From Chlorokybus atmophyticus (lineage: Eukaryota > Plantae > Mesostigma and Chlorokybus algae): a stretch of DNA of 64,000 nt. The position numbers were made by a program, and so were the translations under genes. Under the pieces are notes generated by a model. That model did not search any database. It was given only the letters and a program-made list of their open reading frames with translations, and was not told the origin of the DNA. The stretch spans positions 1-64,000 of the forward strand of contig RHPI01001715.1 of NCBI GenBank assembly GCA_009103225.1. The letters are read 5' to 3'. Shown piece by piece: positions 52,966 through 64,000 of the stretch; position 1 is the first letter of the stretch; each line of letters begins with the position of its first letter.

Positions 52966-54605
52966 GCGACGCCGCTATGGTGTCCGATACATTGAGGCAA
53001 GGTGCAGTTGGTGAAGAGGATTACCAGGCACAGGGGGGGAGGTGACCGGAAAGGTTGCCACGCGGGCCGCAATGGCTTGCGCGAGCCGGCGGCGCTGTGC
53101 GGGGTCTTGCTTGGCTAATTCACGAGGAGCCTCGGTTTGTGGAGCGGATGTGTTGCCACTCACTCTAGAACGTTAAGTACTTTGCGCAGCATCAATGGTG
53201 TTCAACTCCGCATGTGCTGTTTGTGTAAGTCCCCTGAAGAACGAGTGCAAGGATGCCATATAATTGTATGAGTAAATATTCTGTGTGCTTCTTAATGACG
53301 CAGCGCACACGTCTCTGCATCATCCTCATCATAGCGAACATTGCGGTCTATTAATTCCGCATCACACTCATCTTGCCAGTGCCGAAGGCCGTCGTCGTAG
53401 CCGAGCTGATGTGCGGTCAATGACGACCGTGTTCAGTTGGACATCCATGGGGGAAACCGAAACCAATAATCAGCTGCCTTGCTGGTGAGGCGAGGGAGTC
53501 TTACTCTAGTGTAGTCTTCCAACCGTGTGACAGGACTGACAAAGAGGTCAGGATGGAGGGTGTCATCTGACTCTGATGAGCCATACAATGAGGCGGATGA
53601 GCCGAGAATCAGGGATGCCTTGTCCAAGTGCTCGGAGTATATTTCATGGTCCCTCGCGGCGTGTGATCTGCATGCGCAGCTGGGTTATGCCCTGAGTGCA
53701 AGCACCTCCCCAGCCACATGGTCGGCTGGGGAAGGGGGTGGTGTTAAGCAGCAATTCCTATGGCAGGGTGCTTGCGTATGGGTGGGGTAGGCAGTCAGGC
53801 AACAATTCTTCTTCATAATGGGCGCCGTATTGAGCAGCACCTGCGCCCCCACCCCCCCTCAACTCGAGCACGAAGTGTGTCGTGCAAACGTTTGCGTGAA
53901 GGCAATTCAGCGGCTCTGCGAGCACCATGTAGCAACTTGGACGTCAGAAGCAAGTACAACTCCCTCTGGATCGTGGACTCTTGCCGCTGCAACCAGTCGC
54001 GCACATCATGATCGGCTTGCGTTTGCGAAGTCCACTGTGAAGCGGTATATTTGTTAGCTCAAAGCGGCATTGTTGGCTAGCACCAATGGCTGAGTGCAAG
54101 TCTTCATCTTTTTCAAAGGTGCATGGTTCTTTGGACGACAAGTAACGTGGCAGGAAGAGCCTGGTGGCCTGGCGTGCATGTGCGGCTCTGGCAATGGTGA
54201 GCGGCATGTTCTGATGCACCTGCTACTCGTATGGCCTGCATGGCGACCTTTAAAAGAAGCAATGTTGGGTTCCAGCGAAGCCAGATATGTGTCTCTCCTT
54301 CAAATCGCTTTTCAGCTCGAGCTCCAAGCTAGCTGAGGCGATGTAGTTGAAGTGATGTGCGCAAACGTGTACACGCGCGCGTGTACTGCATTGCCCCGCG
54401 GGAGTTAATGCTCATGTTGCCTTGCGCAGCTTGAAGTTGCGCGATCTCTCTCGTATACGTCGCAATATGTTTTCCCTGTCGGCCGACTAACTATTGGCAA
54501 CGGCCGTGCACCTGAGGACACTAATTTAGACTGTCGTGGCTCAGGCCACCTGTAATCTTGATACAGGGACCTAATAGTAACTTCCGTTACTATGAGGCCC
54601 TTTTT

Positions 54606-54905
54606 GTTACAATTTAGTCTTTAACAGTTGACTATGCCTAACTACCAGGCGCCTGTTAGTTACCTATCAGGCCTTAACAGGTGACTTTATATAATTAACA
54701 GGCACCTGTTAGTCACACACCAGGCCTTAACAAATGACTTTGTGTAATTTACAGGCAACTGTTAGACATCAGGCCTTATTAGGTAACTACAACACATCAA
54801 CGGGCACCTGTAAGTTACACATCAGTCTTACTTAGGTAACTCAGCCTATATGACAGGCACCTGCAGGTTACACACCAGTCCAGCGCAGGCGACTCAGCCT
54901 AATTC
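54606..54905. repeat. Subterminal ~53-bp tandem array, Plavaka copy B
   Basis: Reverse complement of the array at 29905-30200. Confidence 0.85.
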
Positions 54906-55269
54906 ACAAGCACCAACTAGGTAATTATCGACAAAATAAGGCATTCTTTAACAACTGAAGGTGACTACTGCCTAACTGTCGTCATATGTATTTGCATAGC
55001 TTGACTACACGCGACTGTCACTGACTTTCAGCATTGTTATGTGCCTGTGCTGTGTACATGTACCTGAAATGTGTACAGTGTCTCTCAGTCACTTACCAAG
55101 GCTTGTAGTTCGATTATGTGACTCGAATGCAATTCTGTTGTATATCATAGGGATGCAAGTATTGATGTGCATGAGCATAATGACGATTGACTGAGCTGGT
55201 TTAAGATGCACAACACTCAGTCACAAGAGCCTTGTAGCTATGTACACTACCAGCTAAACGGACTACCAA

Positions 55270-56301
55270 CTGCGCTACAGCTCCTCTCCATCATCGCTTT
55301 GCTTGTTATTACGGAACAAAGCACCATGCGCTGAGGCCTGTGGAGGAGACGCCGGAGCTTGCTCTTCCTCCTCAAACGGTTGTGCCAGCCAATCATATGC
55401 CGCTTCTCCTCAGCGAGCGGGTCACGAGCTGCTATCTCTAGCGGCCGGCGCCAATTGGGACATGCTTGATTCTCAAGGACAAGCTTGATCTTGGTGGCGT
55501 AGCTTTCTTCAGGGCGACACTCCAATGGAAGGGGCACTCCTTGGGAGTCCAGTACACCTCATGGAACTTGGCCGCATCGGCCTCGTCGTCATGGTCGAAG
55601 CCAACTACCTTTCACGGGCCAGGTTGGTCAGTGTCACGGTGCAGTGCGGTCATGAAGCATTCACAGCACCTGACACATGACGTTACGAATAGTGTCCTCC
55701 TTGGGATAAACGTGGCTCTCTACCCAGTGGCCGTTTATGATTTCAACGACGGCATCTCGCAAATGCTGTCCACAGAAGAACAATCCGTCACACACATACA
55801 CACAGTGTCACAGTGTTACACAGTGCTTACCTCGTTGCCAATCTTCCACTTGCTTGGGGATAGGTTGCTGACGGCCGAGGTTGCCACGTCACGGCCAAAT
55901 GCGTTTGGGTTTGGGGTTTCAATCGACCCTCTGCAAGCACAACCACATGAGTCATGCTGCCAGCCATGAAAAATGCAACCCTCACAGTTGCAAAAGAAGA
56001 ACAACGTGCACAGTGTATCCAGAACGCATGCAGTGAGTCACTGTGCTAGTCATGAAAGAAGCAAGCATCCAAGTTAGAAGTTGAGCAAGAAGCAACGTGC
56101 ACAGTGCATCAAGAACGCATGCAGTCTAGCTTGCCCTTGCGACTGCGGTGTCAGGTGGAGTTGTTGTGATGTGCTGGGCGTTAGCGCGAGGTCTTGCTGC
56201 GATTGGTTGGCGACGGTTGCCTGGTTGAACACTGGGGGCAATGTGGACAACTGGCGCCGACCTCCACGACGAGGTGCACTTACGGATGGACCACGAGGCA
56301 T
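55270..56301 (-). pseudogene. Copy B of the unknown passenger gene, internally deleted (~0.8 kb)
   Basis: Matches A 27682-28520 and 29340-29526; junction near 55460-55500 with rearranged filler. Confidence 0.7.
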
Positions 56302-56861
56302 CTCTCCAACTAATAGTCGGGTGCCGCCTATTTAGCTGATAGTGGCGCTGCCGCCTCCAACGCTGCCGCCGGCGGTTGGCCCGCCCGAATGTACGAGGCG
56401 CGAAAACGAAAATGAGGCGGTTTTGAACGTCTAGAGTCCCGCACTAGAGTCGCACTTGTAGTGCGTCCTTGCTCTTATGGTTGATGGTACNTTTTATGCA
56501 TTCGTGCCATCCATGCTTCGTACAACCATTGGTAACAATGGTTGTGTCGTAACATTTATGATACGACAGAGGCATCTCTCGTCCAACCCCAGCGATTGCC
56601 GTACAATGGCTCTGTCGTACCATCCATGGTACGACAGAGGCATTGCTCGATCAGCCCAAATGGGAGTTAGCGTGCACTCACCCAAACACGCTTTATTGAT
56701 GGCCGGATGATGGCACGCAGGGGCACCAGGTCGATGACGGGTCGAATATCTGGCTTGATGGGCCTGGGTTCGACTAAGAGGCGGAGGCGGCGGCGGCGGC
56801 GTGGCACATCTTGCGAGAAGTTGTGGTCGTAAGAGTTCAAGCAGCGAAGCCAGCTACTACC

Positions 56862-57685
56862 TGTTGTGATTCGGACACTACTAACCATGCATGGAGTTGG
56901 TGCAAGCACAAGTACACACACTCTACCAGAGCATACACACAAGGCTGATCCAAAAGGCTTTCTAAGGATTACAACAAAGTCATACCGCGGGCTTTTATAC
57001 CCGGCAGTTCTGCACCTGTCTATTCTAGAAGCCACCACGACTTCTACACTCAACCGATTCCTGCGCTCTAAGTTGCACCACGTAGCTACTTTCAAGAGCT
57101 TTCCAACAAGCTATGACACGCGCCATACAATGACGTAACCACCGAGCTACAACGTTTCTTCTACAGCGCCTGGAAGTCTTCAGACTCCGGACTCGACTCC
57201 GCGCCTGGAACCTTCTCGACTGAAGTCCTCGCCTGGACCTTTCTCGACTGGAACCTTCTCGCGCCTGAATCTTCTCGCGGCTATTCTTATCCACAGGGCA
57301 AGCTGACCGGATACAAGAATATCCTCAACACTCCCACGCGGGCAGCTTGGCCTTTAACACCTTCGATGCCAACTCCTTGCGTACTTATGCGCGACGAACT
57401 CCCACGCCATCCTTTGCTCTTCCAACCATCGTGAAGACACTTCCAGCAGCTCTCATGAGCGTCTCCTTGAAGCTCTTCACTTGCACACCCTTGTTAAAAC
57501 TCTCATGGTCATTTGCATGTGCTCCCACGTGCTCACTCTTGGCAACGTCCTGCACAACACCACCACCATGCTTCTCCTTCTTGTCCTTGATGATGCCAAC
57601 GCCCTCTATAGCTCCCACGGGCTCAGGAACTGCATCTTCAACCTTCTTGAAACCCTCAGCAACCTCCACACGTGGAATCACAACA
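56862..57685. mobile_element. Solo-LTR-like insertion (824 bp)
   Basis: Perfect 11-bp inverted ends TGTTGTGATTC / GAATCACAACA; 5-bp TSD CTACC; absent at the equivalent site in copy A (~27065); internal short CGCCTGGA/TTCTCGACTG repeats. Confidence 0.85.
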
Positions 57686-59143
57686 CTACCGGTCCCGACG
57701 TCATGGATCATGGCAGGCGTCAGCAATGGGGCTGTCCAACATGCATCACCAACATTGGACAAACCAGCAGGCAAGCCATTAAAGACCATCTTCACACAGA
57801 GAGCTGCTTGGTGGCTCGCTTTCTGCAACAAGGAGTGGATCAGGAGTTGCAGTCCTTGGAGCCCCTTGTCAGAACCATGCGGGACCAATTGCGGCTGTGG
57901 GAACAAGCACAAAGGAATGCAGAGGTACGCTCAACAGTCACATGCATTTCCTTGCAAGAGCAATTTGTTTTTTAGCGCAGTCCATGTGATATATGTAGCG
58001 TGGCTGCAGGCCTCCATTCACCCATACCCACCTTACAGTCAAGCCGACATTGCGGAAGCAAGAGCAGATAGACAGAGCTGGGCGGCGGTATGTTGTTGCC
58101 AATCTCGTTGTGCATGTTGACTGCAATGTCGGCTCCAATGCATGCCTACCTTTGCATGCTAGGATGTGCGTGAGCGTGCGAAGTCGCGCGCGCGTGCCGA
58201 ACGAAGTAGGCTGGGCTTGAGCACAGGAGCGCGTGGCCATTTGTCCGGCATTCAACCAATAGTGCATCAACCAGCAATGACGCAGTCCATGCAATCATTC
58301 GTGCATCAAGCAGCAATGCTGCAGGTGACTGTTCGAAGCAACCAACTGATGACGGTGTGACGCAGTTGACTATTGCAATTGCAGTGTCGCAAGCATGCAG
58401 CTAACCCACATGTGATTGGTTGACAGCACCACAGTGCATTAGGTCCTGTTGAAGCTCCTATGCAAGTCTGGATTCAATCCCATCAACTAATCCTTCAATC
58501 TCACTTGCTGATGGGCGCGGCAGCAATGCGGCATCAATTTAACATGCATATTGGCCTGTTGAATCCCGACAGGTCCATTGGGGCAGTGGCGCATGATGTG
58601 CCCATGGCTCACGAGCTTCGTGACGAGTCTGCCATCGAGGGTGGCGGGGAGAGTGCAGCCAATACCACCTTGTCAGCCCCCATGGCTTCCCCTGCTCCAT
58701 GCAGCCCACGGGCCATTGAGGTAAGTCGCTGTCTTTTATGCTCGTGCCTTGGTAACAATGCGTCAGGCACTGCATAAGCTTATATTCGTCCTTTGCAACA
58801 TTGTGAGCCATCTTATCCTGGGTCCTGTATACAGCCCCCCTTGCTGCATGCACAAGTGGTCTCACCTGCAGCTCCTGCTCCCCTCCCAGCCAGAGCGCAA
58901 CCACCTTCCGCGGCACCAGTCCTTCATGCACTGCCATCTCCTCCACGAGCAGCACTAGTGATTGCGGGGCAACAATCCTTCTTGCCGCCACCGGCGAGAC
59001 CACAGCACAATGCAACAACCGATGTGGCTTCTGCACCTACCTTACCCCACCCGCTGCAAGTTGAAGCCGGCAGTCTGCCCCAAACTCAAGTACTTTATCA
59101 GTTACTGTGACTCTTGCCGTCCACAGTTGGACACCATGTGAGT

Positions 59144-59370
59144 TGTTACAGCCCACTTGACCACAAAAGACTTGGTGCTTTTATGGTCGATTTGTGGTAA
59201 TTTGATGTACCTTCCTGTTACATTACAACAACGACCGCGGAATTCGTGTGCAAGGCAGGAATTGAACCCGGGTCTCAAGCTCCGATACCAATGTCACAGC
59301 CCACTCGACCACAAAAGACTTGGTGCTTTTATGGTCGATTTGTGGTAATTTAATGTACCTTCCCGTTACA
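59144..59370 (-). mobile_element. TRIM-3, minimal 227-bp derivative
   Basis: LTRs 59292-59370 and 59144-59222; PBS TTGGTATCGGAGC; 69-bp internal region without PPT; TSD TGAGT; empty site in copy A at ~25620. Confidence 0.92.
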
Positions 59371-60999
59371 TGAGTGCTGTATGCGCATGCAGCAGGGGTC
59401 ACCACCTGCCAGCGAGTCATCAGAGGAGCTGGCCGCAACCCGCATACGGCCATCAGTCATGCTAGGTGGCCAGCTCGCCTCATGGGACCACTTCAATGCG
59501 CCAACGGATGGTAATTGCTTCTACCATTGTGTATTTCGCGCCAGGCCATCCATAGCGCAAAGTGTCCTGGATGATCACAAGTGCCCCAGCTCGAGCAGAT
59601 TTTGGGCCATGCTGGACACCATGGACGACGACGGCAGGGGGCACACTCTCCGCAAAATCACCGCCAAGGCTGTTGATGCAGGCGTGGCGAGCAGAATTCT
59701 AGACTTCTACAGAGCCACTGGTGCCGCGGGAGAGATGGCGCAATATTACGACAAACTGCCTGCGACCATGTTGGCTGATGTCAATTGCAACATTGACCTA
59801 GCCATGGCCAAGGTGCGACAAATCGTGCGGAGAAAAGATGTGTACGTCGAGCACCTGCAGATGACCATGTTTGCCAACAAGCTGGGCTTGTTGATTGGCT
59901 GCGTGACCGTTCAGCGCGAGCATGGGGAGTGGGTGCCACGGCCCGGCAGCGCAGTGTGGGTTGAAAATAAAGAAGCCCCCAACTCAGTCCTAGTGGTGGG
60001 CAACACTGCTTCTGATGAGCCAGAAGCACACTTTTGGCTCCTCAAGCCTGCAAGCACCGATTAGTGGTCGTGGCCTATGCATGAAGTGCCACCGGAGGTA
60101 ACACACCTGATCGGAGAGTGGCGGAATGGCGTTGCCAATTCCCCGCTACCACCGGCTGTGACCCAGAGTGCTGCGCCAACGCCTCAGGCCTCGCCTTCGT
60201 GTGCTAGGCAAGAAGTAGCCGAGTATTCTGCACATCCTGCCTCCCCTCAACCACAGCCACATGCTCGCAATCCCAATTCAGCACCCTCCCTTCCTGCCGC
60301 GGAGACTCACTTGCCACCGCACTCTGACCATCCGGAGGCATCTCCATCAAGAAGCAGCTGTAGCTCGCCCTCTCCCTCTAAGCTTGCCACATTGATCCCA
60401 GCCTGTCTTGTTGGTAAAGAGATTGATCGAGGTGTCCTGAAAGCTGCGCTGAAAGACAAAGGCTTCATGCTCGACCTCATGAAGCAACATGAGGTCGTGG
60501 AGGAACGGGAGGCAACCAACAAGCGCAAGGCTGTGGAGCAAGAAGATAACGCCTTACCTCCTCTGAGTGACAGTGCCACGGAGAGCNGTGACCCAAAAAA
60601 AAAAAGAAGGTTGTTGGAACAAAGGACGCTGACAGGACCAAAAAAGTTAAGGTGAGGCATCGTTACAACATTAGAAGAAGCACAGCGCCTTGAAGCCTCA
60701 CTGGGGCTGACTGTGTGTCCTGAGTAGGCACAGGCGGGTTTACAGCGTCAAGTGGCTGCTCAGCATCGTCCAGAGAGACAGCCGGTGCGGCACGAGCTGC
60801 CTAAGCTCAAAGCACCGACGCGCAGACGCTTTGAGGGGCTGACTCGTAGTGCAAAGGAGTTGATCACCCTACAGTACGCCCAAGACGCGCTGCATCACCG
60901 CATGCGGCATGCCTTGAGGTGGGTGACGAAAGTTTGCAATAAGTGGGAGCAAACGCGGAGAATGCGGTCTAAACAGACTGGTGTGGGCGTGGGCAGTTC

Positions 61000-62229
61000 C
61001 ATCCCCTGGCCGCTATAGAGGAGGCAGACCATCGACCGTTGGACAGCGCACTGCATCGGCTGCGGAACGCAGTTAAGTTGGGATGCGAGCAGCTGATCGG
61101 TGTGAGTGTCATGGTGCATAGGCCGCTGGATGGGGAATGGTATGCGGGCGTTGTGGAATCATTCAAGCAAGCGTCAGGTCAGCATCGCTTCGTGGCGTGC
61201 GAGATTGAGGACGCATCATATATGCATGGTGCAATGGAAAATGTCTTTGCAGGGCAGCACCGTATAGTATTCAATGACGGTGATCGACCACAAACCATCA
61301 ACTTCAACGGGCACAACGTATTCGCGTACACATCAGTTGACGGGGCACGCCATGTTCTGCGCGCCGGAGGGGAGAACGTCAGTTGCAAAGTAAGCCCGGA
61401 CGGCATCATTGTTAGTCTTTGGCCAGCACCACGGCCAGCCTTGACCATATACACGCCATTTGACAACAAGCTGGGACGCACACGCAGACCAAAGGCACTC
61501 GACCTATTCTGCGGCGGTGGCGGTGCCAGTGTCGGTCTATACCACGCAGGCTTTGACGTGACCGAAATGGACATAAGTCCCTCCTCTGAGTACCCGCTGC
61601 CCTTCATACACCGCGATGTATGCACCCTGAGTGCAGGAGAGCTGAGCGAGTACGAGCTGATCTGGGCCAGTCCATCATACCAGGCCTATTCAGGTGCTAT
61701 CCCGGCACCTCAACGGGCGGCACATGGCACATCCTGGAGACACCAGGATATGATACCGCTCGTCCGACGTCTGCTGCTTGCAAGCCAGGTCAAGTTTGTG
61801 ATTGAGAATATGCCAGGAGCAGCTTCCTCATTCAGATTCAATCTGTCCCTGTGTGGCGCGATGTTTGGCCTATCAACTTTCCGACACCGTCTGTTTGAGA
61901 CAGAGCCAGTGGTAGCTACCCCACCAGCACGCTGCTCGCACGCGGGCAAGGCAGTTGGACTGTTATCGCCGCACTTGTCCGCTAGCGCGAAGAAGACAAT
62001 TGTGACATCAAACGCGCCACAGCAGATGTACCCGGTCTATGGCCTTCCAAGCACCAGGGGCGGCATTGCTGCGTGGCAAACAGCGCTGGGAGTGCCATGG
62101 ATGACCTCGGCCGTTTCCATAGCGAATGCAGTTCCTCCCGCAATGGCGGAGTGCATAGGGCGTCTCATGCTTGAAACAATGGATATGCGCTGTGACTACC
62201 CTCCTGTGTCATGGAACTATGAGGCTTGA
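61000..62229 (+). CDS. Tudor + phage-type C5-MTase, copy B (open frame; catalytic PC changed to SY; Cys-rich 5' exon deleted)
   Basis: KALDLFCGGGG, WASPSYQAYS (TAC 61678-61680 replaces TGC), VIENMPG, RHRLFET, NAVPP; 75-nt phase-1 intron 61178-61252 in the Tudor; 625-bp deletion just upstream (A 23365-23989, junction ~60979). Confidence 0.85.
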   Translation, partial: HPLAAIEEADHRPLDSALHRLRNAVKLGCEQLIGVSVMVHRPLDGEWYAGVVESFKQASGQHRFVACEIEDASYMHGAMENVFAGQHRIVFNDGDRPQTINFNGHNVFAYTSVDGARHVLRAGGENVSCKVSPDGIIVSLWPAPRPALTIYTPFDNKLGRTRRPKALDLFCGGGGASVGLYHAGFDVTEMDISPSSEYPLPFIHRDVCTLSAGELSEYELIWASPSYQAYSGAIPAPQRAAHGTSWRHQDMIPLVRRLLLASQVKFVIENMPGAASSFRFNLSLCGAMFGLSTFRHRLFETEPVVATPPARCSHAGKAVGLLSPHLSASAKKTIVTSNAPQQMYPVYGLPSTRGGIAAWQTALGVPWMTSAVSIANAVPPAMAECIGRLMLETMDMRCDYPPVSWNYEA

Positions 62230-62432
62230 GTGTGGTGCACTGTATTGATGCTTAATGCCACACGGCGGACTGATTGTTGAATGTTGCATGGATCATTCGA
62301 TTGTGGTGACAGTTGTGCAGTGACAGCTGCCCGGTATTGTACACGTCCACATGCAAAAGTCTTAGCATACGATTAGCAATGCCTAACTGACTGATATGCT
62401 CCAAACTCAGAGTAGTGAGACAAGTACATGTG

Positions 62433-64000
62433 TCACGTGGAAGTGCAGTGAACGTTCACCCAATACTTGCCCTCTTGTACACGGGCGCTGTCCTTGTCAA
62501 ACATGGGGAGCAGCTGGACAATGCCTTTTACTTGCTCCAGAGTCACGACATCGAGATGTGGACCGCCTCGACGCTTTTCCCATTCCAGAGCGATGCACTT
62601 TGTGTCGCTCGTCACATCCAGCTTCGTGTACCAGCGGACAAACACGACCTCCTTCCACACGCGCTCGCCGCTACCACCCCACACCACCACGCGCAGAAAA
62701 AGGAGTGCCTGAGCCCACCACGTCACGTTCACACCGTCCTCATCACCTTCCAACTCAAGTGTAGAGAACCAAGGCCGCCCATGGAACATCCCAGTTGCGC
62801 GCGCCATGCTGACTCCTGATGTCATGTACACCGCTGCGCCTCCGTTCACCACGCGAACAGCACGCCACCCGTCGGCCAACTCCAGTTGTTCCCTCCTCAA
62901 CCAGCTGTCCAGGGTGGCAGGCAGCTTGTCGGCAAATGGAGTCTTCAAGGCGACTTGGCGGCTACGCGCAGATCCGCTCCAGTACGGGCTGGACTCCCTC
63001 CTTGTCAGCACATCCATCCGTAGCAACTTGTCCGTCTTCTCCATGACATTACAGCACTGCTGCCGCGCCTGCGCCATGACCGAGCGCATCTCGGGATCCA
63101 CGACCATGCCATCCTCTCTCACATATTCCGCACAGCTCCATGCCTTCAGGATACGTGCCTGGTAGTCCCGGTTGTTGCCACCACGCGCCCACCGTTTGAT
63201 ATTTTGGGCGTGCGTCTGCTCCATGCGGTTGGCGCTGAACCAATCTGGGTGTCCACTGCTGACAATTGCCGGCCCAAAATGAGTGAGCTGATGCATCTTC
63301 TCGATCTTCCAACCTGACTTCTGTGCAGAATATGACGACAGTAGCGGATGCAACACTGCAGCTTTGAAGGCAGCCAGCTCGTTGTCGGCTGTGGTCAGGG
63401 TCTCTCTTGTGTGTTCATGCGCCTTGAGCAACTTCTTGTTCCACTGGGCAAGCGATGCGGCAGCAATGGTGAAGAAATCGTTGCCCTCACTGTCGAGCAG
63501 CAAACCGTCTGCGAGGACCGGCAGCAGCTGCAGCACCGCCACTTTCTCCACCACCTGAAAGGAGTGGTCGGACAGGAAGAAATCTACTGTGCTTGTGGGT
63601 GCCTTGAAGTGCGAAACCCGCCGAGTCGCCTTGCATGCATTCAGCCAATGCACAGCTGCTCTTGAGCACGTGTCGTTGGCTTTTGTGTTCAACACAAAAG
63701 CAACACCGAAGACGTGCCTGGCCTGCAGAATCTGTCTCGTGGATGGACGCATTCGTTCCTTCGCGGCGTCGTACACAGCAGCAAGCAGGTGGTCAATGAT
63801 GCCCCAGCACATGCATTGCGTCAGGGGCAAGACGAGAGTAGCAGTCAGCTCCCGGCACCCGCGACTGTCGCCAACCCCACAGTGCATTCTGTTGCCAAAC
63901 CACATTGCCCGGTTTTACGGAAAGCCATTCATCCTCACGAATGCCGATAATTTGACCATTACCTCCTCGACATGCATGGAGTGCTGCTCTTTGAAAGCCT
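62433..64000 (-). CDS. Plavaka transposase, copy B, 3' portion (5' part outside window)
   Basis: Open frame 62433-63905 with IIDHLL, HEHTRETL, KMHQLTHFG, SANRMEQTH, RATGMFHGRPW; lacks A's ~20945 frameshift but has a small indel near DAMH (~63805). Confidence 0.82.

Larger units (their letters stand above)
56700..60660 (+). pseudogene. OTU-protease gene, copy B (solo-LTR and TRIM insertions; premature stop)
   Basis: APTDGNCFYHCV (~59500), EAHFWLLKP (~60030); TAG at 60062-60064 where A reads CAG. Confidence 0.75.
54456..64000 (-). mobile_element. Plavaka-type transposon, copy B (inverted; runs off the window)
   Basis: Reverse complement of A 30350 to ~20355; starts TACGTCGCAATATGTTTTCCC (C/T difference at the terminal base versus A); differs from A by two insertions and two large deletions. 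Confidence 0.88.

Noticed and set aside
53000-54400. gag/protease or 5' LTR of the gypsy element
   Set aside because: No convincing D(S/T)GA motif, gag knuckle, PBS or TG..CA boundary could be read.

Overview
Intron-rich eukaryotic DNA, most likely a green alga or early streptophyte (inferred from a plastid-type GLYK gene, GT-AG introns and a DNMT-bearing Ty3/gypsy). The first ~16 kb holds two host genes (D-glycerate 3-kinase; a putatively plastid-targeted protein with a bacterial-like domain) and a decayed pogo/Fot1 DNA transposon. From ~19 kb on it is a nested TE cluster: (i) two inverted, closely related copies of a >=11 kb Plavaka-type DNA transposon (~19.0-30.35 kb and 54.46 kb to the window end), each carrying a Tudor-fused phage-type C5-cytosine methyltransferase, an OTU-protease gene and an unknown multi-exon gene; (ii) between them a decayed CACTA/EnSpm element with a PHD-C5HCH + Ulp1 gene and a third, divergent copy of the Cys-rich/Tudor/MTase gene; (iii) a decayed Ty3/gypsy with its own unrelated C5-MTase, split by a full-length L1/Tx1-type LINE with a 13-bp TSD; (iv) three TRIMs with 78-79 bp LTRs and an apparent tRNA-type Pol III promoter split across the LTR/PBS junction; (v) solo LTRs. 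The best candidate for an undescribed system is the chromatin-reader/DNA-methyltransferase (plus DUB or SUMO-protease) cargo shared by two different CMC-type DNA transposons. All domain calls are by-eye motif recognition without database searches; exon limits and some TE ends are approximate. No rRNA, true tRNA or CRISPR array was seen.
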